A stretch of DNA of 64,000 nucleotides from Torpedo marmorata. Lineage: Eukaryota. Below the pieces are notes generated by a model that was not told the origin of the DNA, made no database searches, and saw only the letters and a list, made by a program, of their open reading frames with translations. The position numbers and the translations under genes are program-made. Shown here one piece after another: positions 56,901 to 64,000 of the stretch (position 1 is its first letter; every line of letters starts with the position of its first letter). The stretch spans positions 32,736,001 to 32,800,000 of the forward strand of contig OZ360230.1 of NCBI GenBank assembly GCA_977017645.1, given 5' to 3'.

Positions 56901-59900
56901 GGGTGGGGAGGGTGGTTGGGAGGGAGAAAATATATCACATGTATTTTGATAATTTTGCGATTTATACAATGTATTTTGTGATTTAAAATTTTAAATAAAA
57001 TATTCAAAAAAAAAAAAAAAAAAAAAAAGTACTAAATCCTCCCTAACCTATAACCATCTATTTCTCTTTCATCCATGTGTCTCTCTAAGTGTCTTTTAAA
57101 TTCCCCCAATGTTTCAACATCCACCACCATCCCCGGCAATGCATTCCAGGCACCCACAATTCTCTGTGTAAAAAACCTACCCCTGATGTTTCCCCTAAAC
57201 TTCCCTCCATTAACTTTGTACATATGTCCTATGGTGTTTGCAGATCCTGCCCTGGGAAACAGGTGCTGGCTGTCCACCCTATCTATGCCTCTCATAATCT
57301 TGTAGATCTCCATCAAGTCTCCTTTCATCCTTCTGCACTCCAAAGAGAAAGGTCCCAGCTCTGCTAACCTTGCCTCAACAGACTTGTTTCCCAATCCAGC
57401 CAACATCCTGGTAAATTTCCGCTGCACCCTCTCCATAGCTTCCACATATTTCCTATAATCAGGTGACCAGAACTGAACACAATACTTACAAATGATTTGT
57501 GGAGTTGCAACATGACCTCTCTACTCCTGAATTCAATCCCCCTAATAATGAATCCCAGCATCACATATGCCTTTTTAAATATCCTGTCAACCTGTGTGGC
57601 GACCTTGAGGGATATATGGATTTGTACCGCATGGTCCAAATGTTCATCCACACTCTTAAATATCCAACCATTAACCCTGTATTCAGCATTCTGGTTTGTC
57701 CTTCCAAAATGCATCACCTCACACTTATCCGGATTGAAATCCATCTGCCACTTTTCTGCCCAACTCAGCATCCTGTCAAAATCCTCTTGTAAACTTCGAC
57801 AACCTTCAGCTCCATCTACAACTCCTCCAACCTTCGTGTCATCTGCAAACTTACTGACCCATCCGTCCGCCTCTTCATCCATGTCATTTATAAAAATCAC
57901 AAAGAGCAGGGGTCCCAGAACAGATCTAATAGCAGTTTTCCATGCCTCTATGTATTTTAACAATCATTTTCACATATTTCAAGGAACTACATCTGTGACA
58001 ACAGAACCAAGCACCTCCACCGAGCAAATTACATCTTTGACAACTTCTACAACAGAGTCAACATCATTTGTCACAGGTAACATCAATCATAACCTGCTAC
58101 TCCAATTGTTGGCATGGAATACATTGTAAGAGTAAAAATATTGTCTCGTTCACGTAATCTCTTGTGGAGCTATGCAAGGCGAGAGATCTGACTGTCATCA
58201 GAAAGGATCATCGAGTCAGGCTCATGCCCCGATGAAATGACAGTTGCATCCAAGTTTTGATTGAAGGAAATTACTGGCAAAAATTAATCCTCAAGTGTCA
58301 GTTTGGAAAATCAGTGTTTAATAAATACATATTTTAAATTCAAAAACCAAAAGTTGATTGAAATGATCATGCAGATTTCTTCGCGTTCACTTCAAACTGT
58401 TGCCATTTTTTGCTGAGGCAAAATGGGTAAGCTTTTGGTGCATATTACTAAGAACAAATTTCAACCATTGCTCGAGGCTGACAGTTATCAACCTCATGTT
58501 GATCCTGACTCTAATTTGTCAGGATGCTACGTATAATGTTCAATACTGGCTTAGAATTTATTTTCCTTAATTTCATGCTTGCCTCTGTAATTTAACTGCA
58601 TTATCATATATTAAGAAATTTTATTGTATCCAGATAATTGTTGCCTTTAACATCAACGCATGCCTGACTTATTTTCAGTCTCAGAAACGAGCACGTCCAC
58701 CACTGCCCCTTCTACCACTCCAGGCACAAGCAGCGAGACAACAGGTACAATCATGCACCATATACGTATCCACCGTTCGGTCTTCTCTCCCAGTCAATAA
58801 TTCCTCTTGATGCAAATTAAAAACAGTAGGGATGCCTGATGTTTAAAGCTGAAAAGATTCTTCATCATGGTTAAACACAGTTCCATTCTGTGATTCAATG
58901 AAAAATTGCACAGATAAAGCATATTTGCAACAGCAGATTTAAGAAAAATAATCTGATGCCAGTGCAAGATAAAAATCTAACTAAAAATTTGTCTTGTCGT
59001 GTCTCTACATAAACTAACGTAATGATTCGACAACAATACCTTTGCCATGTCTGTGACGAATTCAAATGTCAAAAGGGGCATCACATCAAGCACTAACCAT
59101 CAGACTGCAGTGATTGGTGCCAAATACACAATCATTTACACACTCTATTTTTTATTTTCAAAATCCTTGCAGTCAGCTTAAGTAATGTTGCCATTAAAAT
59201 CTATTCAATGGTTTATCAATGACTGACGCACAAGTAGGTAACGGTGAAAAGTTCACAATTTTGCCCAACTATTCACTCATCACTTGCTGTGACATGGAAC
59301 CTTCTTCACTTCGAAAATAATCAACAGTCACAAGGTATCCCTTGCAACATTGTTATTACACAAACTATTTGTCATAAGAAAGGAAATAAAATTAATTCAC
59401 TGTTACATCGTCTGTTTAAACCATGTATTAGAGCAGCTTGAACATACTCTGATGTATTTTAACTAAATTCAATGTGTATCAATTTAAAGGATCTCTATCT
59501 ACAACGACAGAGGGAAGTACCTCCTCAGTGGAAAGTACGACTTTCAGCTCATCAACAACAGAGCCAACTTCAACGTCAATAGGTAACATCAATGGGCACC
59601 GAGGCATTGTATGTTGGCAGGGATGAGTTACAAATTGTAAAAATATACCTCCAATCAAATATGTGCTTGGTGTATTGTCCAAGGCTGCATGTCATCAGTA
59701 AGGTTAAACTGTTCAAAGTCATTCCCGTATGGAAATTCTGTGGTGTGAAATGTTCTGATCAATATAAATTATGTACATATTAATGCTCAGGGGGGCATAG
59801 GTTGCATCCCTGCGTGATGAATTCCATGTTAAGTCGTATACTTCAGAGCAGTCACTTCAACAGGATGGAATGAATTGAGGGATTAACGATAAACATTCAT

Positions 59901-62900
59901 TGTACAAGTACGAGAAAATATTCCAATCAATCTTAAAAACTAGCAATTATCTGAATGGTGACTCGTATTGGACAGGATGTCACACTTTATTTTCAAATAT
60001 TGGTTACCATTTCTTCTTCTCAGTTTCATTTCCCCTTCAAAAATGTAAGTGCTCCGTTGTATAATAAGCTGTTTCATTACATCCAGAGAGTCAACTTGAC
60101 TTTAACATCAGCACGTTTTGTCTTCATTTTCAGTATCAGAACAAAGCACGACCACCTTGGCTCCTTCAACCACCTCTGCTACAAGTAGTGAAACAACAGG
60201 TAGATTTATACATCAAAAGTATCAATACAATACATTGCAGATATGACAGTGGCTTTTTAGGGGCTTCCAGATAGAAGCGTGAATATACGGGGAAAAACGG
60301 GCTGAGTAACATTAAAAGCACGAGAGATTTTGGAAATTTTGGCATCAGGTAAATCTTTGACATAATGAGACCTTGGGCCGATTCCGGTGCAGTTCTGTTC
60401 TATTGTCCAGGTTCCCCACAGTCATGTATTCTCTCAATTCAAGTGATGATTGGAGATGCTTGATAAATTTCTCTTCAGATTTCTGAACTGCTGAAGAAAA
60501 TCAAGTTCACTTTATAGTTCCATGCACTGAATCAGTGAACTATTCCGTAGATATGGCATATTTTAGAAAAAAATACTTAAAAATAACCATTGGTCTTGCA
60601 AGACGAGAACACGTGTGAATTTGCATTTTTTATGCCTCCACATTATAAAATCTAACTATTAAAATAAAAATGTCTTTGCCGTCACTGTAAAGCGTTCAAA
60701 TAACAAAATTGCCCAGCTCACTCAAATAACCAAGCAGAATTCAACCGAATCAAATGAATATTAAGCTGTAGTCACTGCTGTCATATATGCATTCACTTTC
60801 TGGCTCTAACATCCTTTTCAAACACATTCAACTCATGTAAAATCCAGATAATTTTGAAATCTAACAAATAATTCATCAATGGACAACCAACAAATAAATA
60901 TCGATGCCAATTCTACAACATTTACCTTTAACTATTCATTGATATTTCATGGAGGTTCCCTTCAAGATAAACATGCAGTTCCATGACATCAGTTGCCAAC
61001 TATTTTATTGCATTCTGAAATACTTGGCATCAGAAAGGAAATGAAAGTAATTTGAATAGAGATCTGATGTCCAGGATCGTTGAATCTAAGTCTAGAACAG
61101 AGAAGCTAGAACATGGAACAATTCAGCACAGTACAGGCCCTTCGGCCCTCGATGTTGTGCCGACCCACATATTCCTTCCTAAAATAAAAGTACTAAACCC
61201 TCCCTACCCTATAACCCTCTATTTCTCTTTCATCCATGTGTCTGTCTAAGTGTCTCTTAAATTCCCCCAATGTTTCAGCCTCCACCACCATCCCCGGCAA
61301 TGCATTCCAGGCACTCACAACTCTCTGTGTAAAAAACCTACCCCTGATGTCTCCCCTAAACTTCGCTCCATTAACTTTGTACATATGTCCTCTGGTGTTT
61401 GCAGGTCCTGCCCTATCTATTCCTCTCATAATCTTGTAGACCTCCATCAAGTCTCCTTTCATCCTTCTGCACTCCAAAGAGAAAGGTCCCAGCTCTGCTA
61501 ACCTTGCCTCAACAGACTTGTTTCCCAATCCAGCCAACATCCTGGTAAATTTCCGCTGCACCCTCTCCATAGCTTCCACATATTTTCCTTAATTTCATGC
61601 TTGCCTCTGTAATTTAACTGCATTATCGTATAATAAGAAATTTTATTGTATCCAGATAATTGTTACCTTTAACATCAACGCATGCCTGAATTCATTTTCA
61701 GTCTCAGAAACAAGCACGGCCACAACTGCCCCTTCTACCACTCCAGGCACAAGCAGCGAGACAACAGGTACAATCATGCACCATATACGTATCCACCGTT
61801 CGGTCTTCTCTCCCAGTCAATATTTCCTCTTGATGCAAATTAAAAACAGTAGCGATGCCTGATGTTTAAAGCTTGAAAGATTCTTCTTCATGGCTAAACA
61901 CAGTTCCATTCTGTGATTCAATGAAAAATTGCACAGATTAAGCATATTTGCGACAGCAGATTTAAGAAAAATAATCAGATGCCCAGCAAGATGAAAATCT
62001 AACTGTAAATTTGTCTTGTCGTGTCTCTACATAAACTAACGTAATGATTCAACAACAATACCTTTGCCATGTGTGTGACGAATTCAAATGTCAAAAGGGG
62101 CTTCACAACAAGAACTAAACATCAGACTGCAGTGATTGGTGCCAAATACACAATCATTTACACGCTCTATTTTATATTTTCAAAATCCTTGCAGTCAGCT
62201 GAAGTAATGTTGCCATTAAAATCTATTCAATGGTTTAGCAAGGACTGATGCACAAGTAAGTAACAGTGAAAAGTTCACAATTTTGCCCAACTATTCACTC
62301 ATCACTTGCTGTGACATGGAACCTTCCTCACTTCGAAAATAATCAACAGTCACAAGGTATCCCTTGCAACATTGCTATTACACAAACTATTTGTCATAAG
62401 AAAGGAAATAAAATTAATTCACTGTTACATCGTCTGTTTAAACCATGTATTAGAGCAGCTTGAACATACTCTGATGTATTTTAACTAAATGCAATGTGTA
62501 TCAATTTAAAGGAACACTATCTACAACGACAGAAGGAAGTACCTCGTCAGTGGAAAGTACAACTTTCAGCTCTTCAACAACAGAGCCAACATCAACGTCA
62601 ACAGGTAACATCAATGGGCACCGAGGCTTTGTATGTTGGCAGGGATGAGTTACAAATTGTAAAAATATACCTCAAATCAAATATGTGCTTGGTGTATTGT
62701 CCAAACTGCATGTCATCAGAAAGGTTAAACTGTTCAAGGTCATTCCCGTATGGAAATTCTGTGGTGTGAAATGTTCTGATCAATATAAATTATGTACATA
62801 TTAATGCTCAGGGGGGCATAGGTTGCATCCCTACGTGATGAATTCCATGTTAAGTCGTATACTTCAGAGCAGTCACTTCAACAGGATGGAATGAATTGAG

Positions 62901-63219
62901 GGATTAACGATAAACATTCATTGTACAAGTACGAGAAAATATTCCAATCAATCTTAAAAACTAGCAATCATCTGGATGATGACTCCTATTTGACAGGATG
63001 TCACACTTTATTTTCAATTATTGGTATCCATTTCTTCTTCTCAGTATCATTTCCCCTTCAAAAATGTAATGCTCTGTTGTATAATAAGCTGTTTCATTAC
63101 ATCCAGAGAGTCAACTTGACTTTAACATCAGCACGTTTTGTCTTCATTTTCAGTATCAGAACAAAGCACGATCACTCTGGCTCCTTCAACTACCTCTGCT
63201 ACAAGTAGTGAAACAACAG
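2000..63219 (+). CDS. Internal 58 exons of a large mucin-like (Ser/Thr-rich, PTS) glycoprotein gene; partial, ~1525 aa in window
   Basis: Every exon has an AG acceptor and GT donor, a length divisible by 3 and phase 1-1. Translation is ~66% S/T. No stop or frameshift seen; the one exonic indel is 9 bp and in frame. Confidence 0.9.
4408..5761 (-). mobile_element. 5'-truncated CR1-clade LINE fragment in the C-D intron (unit 1), containing a nested insert
   Basis: Minus-strand RT C-terminal peptides ([35 protein letters not shown]); tail reads (TTCTATG)-like on the minus strand. Confidence 0.9.
4675..5021 (+). mobile_element. Short 3' fragment of a second CR1-clade family, inserted in opposite orientation inside the unit-1 CR1
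   Basis: Encodes [18 protein letters not shown]...[10 protein letters not shown] and ends in a (GTTATATG)n tail. Interrupts CCCTAA/AC and is absent from all other units. Confidence 0.88.
6515..10074 (+). CDS. Mucin unit 2 exons: A 6515-6580, B 7325-7417, C 7969-8034, D 9982-10074
   Basis: Conserved splice sites; exon A variant [22 protein letters not shown]. Confidence 0.87.
8931..9922 (-). mobile_element. CR1-clade LINE fragment, unit 2 copy
   Basis: [14 protein letters not shown]...KFADDTK...NTRGH...LDRHMD on the minus strand. Confidence 0.9.
10676..14233 (+). CDS. Mucin unit 3 exons: A 10676-10741, B 11486-11578, C 12130-12195, D 14141-14233
   Basis: Conserved splice sites; open S/T-rich frame. 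Confidence 0.87.
13091..14081 (-). mobile_element. CR1-clade LINE fragment, unit 3 copy
   Basis: Same boundaries and motifs as unit 2. Confidence 0.9.
14834..18393 (+). CDS. Mucin unit 4 exons: A 14834-14899, B 15644-15736, C 16288-16353, D 18301-18393
   Basis: Near-identical to unit 2. Confidence 0.87.
17250..18241 (-). mobile_element. CR1-clade LINE fragment, unit 4 copy
   Basis: Same boundaries and motifs. Confidence 0.9.
18995..22554 (+). CDS. Mucin unit 5 exons: A 18995-19060, B 19805-19897, C 20450-20515, D 22462-22554
   Basis: Near-identical to unit 3. Confidence 0.87.
21411..22402 (-). mobile_element. CR1-clade LINE fragment, unit 5 copy
   Basis: Same boundaries and motifs. Confidence 0.9.
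23155..26712 (+). CDS. Mucin unit 6 exons: A 23155-23220, B 23965-24057, C 24609-24674, D 26620-26712
   Basis: Unit-2-type exon A; conserved splice sites. Confidence 0.87.
25571..26560 (-). mobile_element. CR1-clade LINE fragment, unit 6 copy
   Basis: Same boundaries and motifs. Confidence 0.9.
27314..30871 (+). CDS. Mucin unit 7 exons: A 27314-27379, B 28124-28216, C 28768-28833, D 30779-30871
   Basis: Conserved splice sites; B-D region near-identical to unit 6. Confidence 0.87.
29730..30719 (-). mobile_element. CR1-clade LINE fragment, unit 7 copy
   Basis: Same boundaries and motifs. Confidence 0.9.
31473..35031 (+). CDS. Mucin unit 8 exons: A 31473-31538, B 32283-32375, C 32927-32992, D 34939-35031
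   Basis: Conserved splice sites; open frame. Confidence 0.87.
33887..34879 (-). mobile_element. CR1-clade LINE fragment, unit 8 copy
   Basis: Same boundaries and motifs. Confidence 0.9.
35635..39176 (+). CDS. Mucin unit 9 exons: A 35635-35700, B 36440-36532, C 37081-37137 (57 nt), D 39084-39176
   Basis: Exon C carries a 9-bp in-frame deletion. Confidence 0.87.
38034..39024 (-). mobile_element. CR1-clade LINE fragment, unit 9 copy
   Basis: Same boundaries and motifs. Confidence 0.9.
39780..43337 (+). CDS. Mucin unit 10 exons: A 39780-39845, B 40590-40682, C 41234-41299, D 43245-43337
   Basis: Conserved splice sites; open frame. Confidence 0.87.
42197..43185 (-). mobile_element. CR1-clade LINE fragment, unit 10 copy
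   Basis: Same boundaries and motifs. Confidence 0.9.
43940..47501 (+). CDS. Mucin unit 11 exons: A 43940-44005, B 44747-44839, C 45391-45456, D 47409-47501
   Basis: Conserved splice sites; open frame. Confidence 0.87.
46358..47349 (-). mobile_element. CR1-clade LINE fragment, unit 11 copy
   Basis: Same boundaries and motifs. Confidence 0.9.
48104..51662 (+). CDS. Mucin unit 12 exons: A 48104-48169, B 48914-49006, C 49557-49622, D 51570-51662
   Basis: Conserved splice sites; open frame. Confidence 0.87.
50518..51510 (-). mobile_element. CR1-clade LINE fragment, unit 12 copy
   Basis: Same boundaries and motifs. Confidence 0.9.
52266..58076 (+). CDS. Mucin unit 13 exons: A 52266-52331, B 53076-53168, C 53719-53784, D 57984-58076
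   Basis: C-D intron enlarged by the L1 insertion; exons intact. Confidence 0.85.
54760..57028 (+). mobile_element. 5'-truncated L1-clade LINE (ORF2 C-terminal part, 3' UTR, poly-A)
   Basis: AT-rich insert absent from other units; G-rich 3' UTR tract; AATAAA at 56994-56999; A23 at 57006-57028. Confidence 0.93.
54761..56746 (+). CDS. L1 ORF2 fragment: reverse transcriptase plus C-terminal Cys/His zinc-binding region (no native start)
   Basis: [44 protein letters not shown]; about 660 codons without a stop. Confidence 0.9.
   Translation, partial: FDRLEWNYLFKVLEKFGFGITFINWIKTIYKEPSARVVTNGQISSKFLLTRSTRQGCPLSPALFVLAIEPLAELIRQDIKIAGIKVGNEEHKINLFADDVLIYMTKPITSLIHLDVILREYGEISGYKINSDKSEIMALTQGDYSKWKEITQFKWSNEGIKYLGIKIDTKLANLYKLNYLPLFAKIKKDLESWKDLSITLLGRVNCIKMNIFPMIQYLFQSIPYEIPQKSFKDLNFIIRKFLWKGKLARVAMENLTWNYELGGLQLPNFQNYYKAAQLWFINELLDLTKDSAWIRIELNNIGEDLKEEVIYKWNSKLILISGKNSPIFKHLLEIWNRLDKEIGAKGLISPNMPLYQNRLIPFAFNNQLFKIWFQKGIKNVNDCFEAGKFITFQRMKDKFNILNNTYFAYFQIKAFLVEKLGHNLVLPRQSEFELLVINGGVNKFISQMYKLLQRKMPKVAIHKSRLKWESDLNVTIEEKHWKELCKLSMTKIINVRYRLVQYNFFHQLYLTPKKLKKFNPALSDMCFRCNREEGSFVHSTWFCPKIQDFWFKVKEFLDKVLRNILPMDPMIFLFADIKRISIMMNLNMYQIEFLRIALAVAKKCIAITWKSDVDLGLERWHAELRSCIPLEKITYNLRNKYHFFSKIWSPYIKAVDLKIKI
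58679..60199 (+). CDS. Mucin unit 14 exons: A 58679-58744, B 59490-59582, C 60134-60199 (exon D deleted)
   Basis: Deletion junction at ~61581-61589 removes exon D. Confidence 0.85.
61094..61585 (-). mobile_element. CR1-clade LINE fragment, unit 14 copy, truncated by deletion
   Basis: Only the 3' half remains; it also has an internal 27-bp deletion ([10 protein letters not shown]). Confidence 0.88.
61702..63219 (+). CDS. Mucin unit 15 exons: A 61702-61767, B 62512-62604, C 63154-63219 (unit continues past the window)
   Basis: Conserved splice sites; open frame. Confidence 0.85.
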
Positions 63220-63857
63220 GTAGATTTATACATCAAAAGTATCAATACAATACATTGCAGATATGACAGTGGCTTTTAAGGGGCTGCCAGATAGACGCGT
63301 GAATATACGGGGAACAACGGGTTAAGTAACAATGAAAACACGAGAGAATTTGTAAATTTAGGCATCAGGTAAATTGCTGACATAATGAGACCTTGGGCCG
63401 ATTCCGGTGCAGTTCTGTTCTATTGTCCAGGTTCCCCACAGTCATGTATTCTCTCAATTCAATTGATGATTGGAGATGCTTGATAAATTTCTCTTCAGAT
63501 TTCTGAACTGCTGAAGAAAATCATTTTCACTTTATAGTTCCATGCAATGAATCAGTGAACTATTGCGTAGATATGGCATATTTGAGAAAAAAAAATTCTT
63601 AAAAATAACCATTGGTCTTGCAAGACGAGACCACGTGTGAATTTGCATTTTTTATGCCTCCACATTATAAAATCTAACTATTAAAATAAAAATGGCTTTG
63701 CCGTCACAGTAAAGCGTTCAAATAACTAAATTGCCCAGCTCACTCAAATAACCAAGCAGAATTTCAACCTAATCAAATGAATATTAAGCTGTAGTCACTG
63801 CTGTCATATATGCATTCACTTTCTGGCTGTAATATCCTTTTCAAACATTTTCTACTC

Positions 63858-64000
63858 TTTTTTTTTTTAAATAATTTTATTTAAATTTTAAAATCACAAA
63901 ATACATAAATCAAAAATACTATATCATTCCAAATACATGTGATATATTTCCCCCCCTCCCACCCTCCGCTCCCCAACCCCCCAGCACTATTCAAAAAAAA
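63858..64000 (-). mobile_element. 3' end of a second L1 of the same or a related family, antisense, running off the window
   Basis: Poly-T then TTTATTTAAATTTTAAAATCACAAAATACAT...ACATGTGATATATTT and a C-rich tract, the reverse complement of the 3' UTR at ~56885-57005. Confidence 0.85.

Larger units (their letters stand above)
54685..57924 (-). mobile_element. CR1-clade LINE fragment, unit 13 copy, split by the L1 insertion
   Basis: Tail at ~54685-54760; remainder at 57029-57924. Confidence 0.88.
1433..63857 (+). repeat. Tandem array of ~15 copies of a ~4.16-kb exon-bearing unit
   Basis: Exon-A starts at 2000, 6515, 10676, 14834, 18995, 23155, 27314, 31473, 35635, 39780, 43940, 48104, 52266, 58679, 61702. 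Spacing is 4145-4164 except where there is an insertion (4515, 6413) or a deletion (3023). Confidence 0.98.

Noticed and set aside
2000-63219. Assigning a specific symbol (MUC19, MUC2, MUC5AC, MUC17)
   Set aside because: PTS repeats are not diagnostic of orthology and no VWD, CysD, SEA or TM domain is present in the window.
1433-63857. CRISPR-like array, or RT-linked diversity system (DGR/retron-like)
   Set aside because: Repeats are multi-kb with no unique spacers; the RT sequences are ordinary truncated vertebrate LINEs; the context is spliceosomal.
1433-63857. Array as a pure assembly artefact or as 15 separate small genes
   Set aside because: Units carry distinct SNPs, indels and TE insertions, so most are real copies. 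No unit has a start, signal-peptide or stop exon, so they read as internal exons of one gene.

Overview
Vertebrate genomic DNA; the LINE repertoire suggests a cartilaginous fish (inference). Nearly the whole window (~1433-63857) is a tandem array of about 15 copies of a ~4.16-kb unit. Each unit hides four small GT-AG exons on the + strand (A 66 nt, B 93 nt, C 66 nt, D 93 nt), all phase 1-1. Spliced, a unit gives a 106-aa module, ~66% Ser/Thr, Glu-containing and Cys-free ([106 protein letters not shown]). I located 58 exons (4575 nt, ~1525 codons) and saw no stop or frameshift by eye. This is the interior of a very large mucin-like gene whose PTS domain is built from exon cassettes, and the ORF track largely misses it. 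The array is hierarchical: an ancient AB/CD duplication, then the 4.16-kb unit carrying an antisense CR1-type LINE fragment, then an 8.32-kb dimer. It is interrupted by a defective Gypsy LTR element (1-1432), a nested CR1 fragment, a young 5'-truncated L1 (~54760-57028), a ~1.1-kb deletion removing one exon D, and a second, antisense L1 3' end at the right edge. The start and end of the gene lie outside the window, so no gene symbol is assigned.
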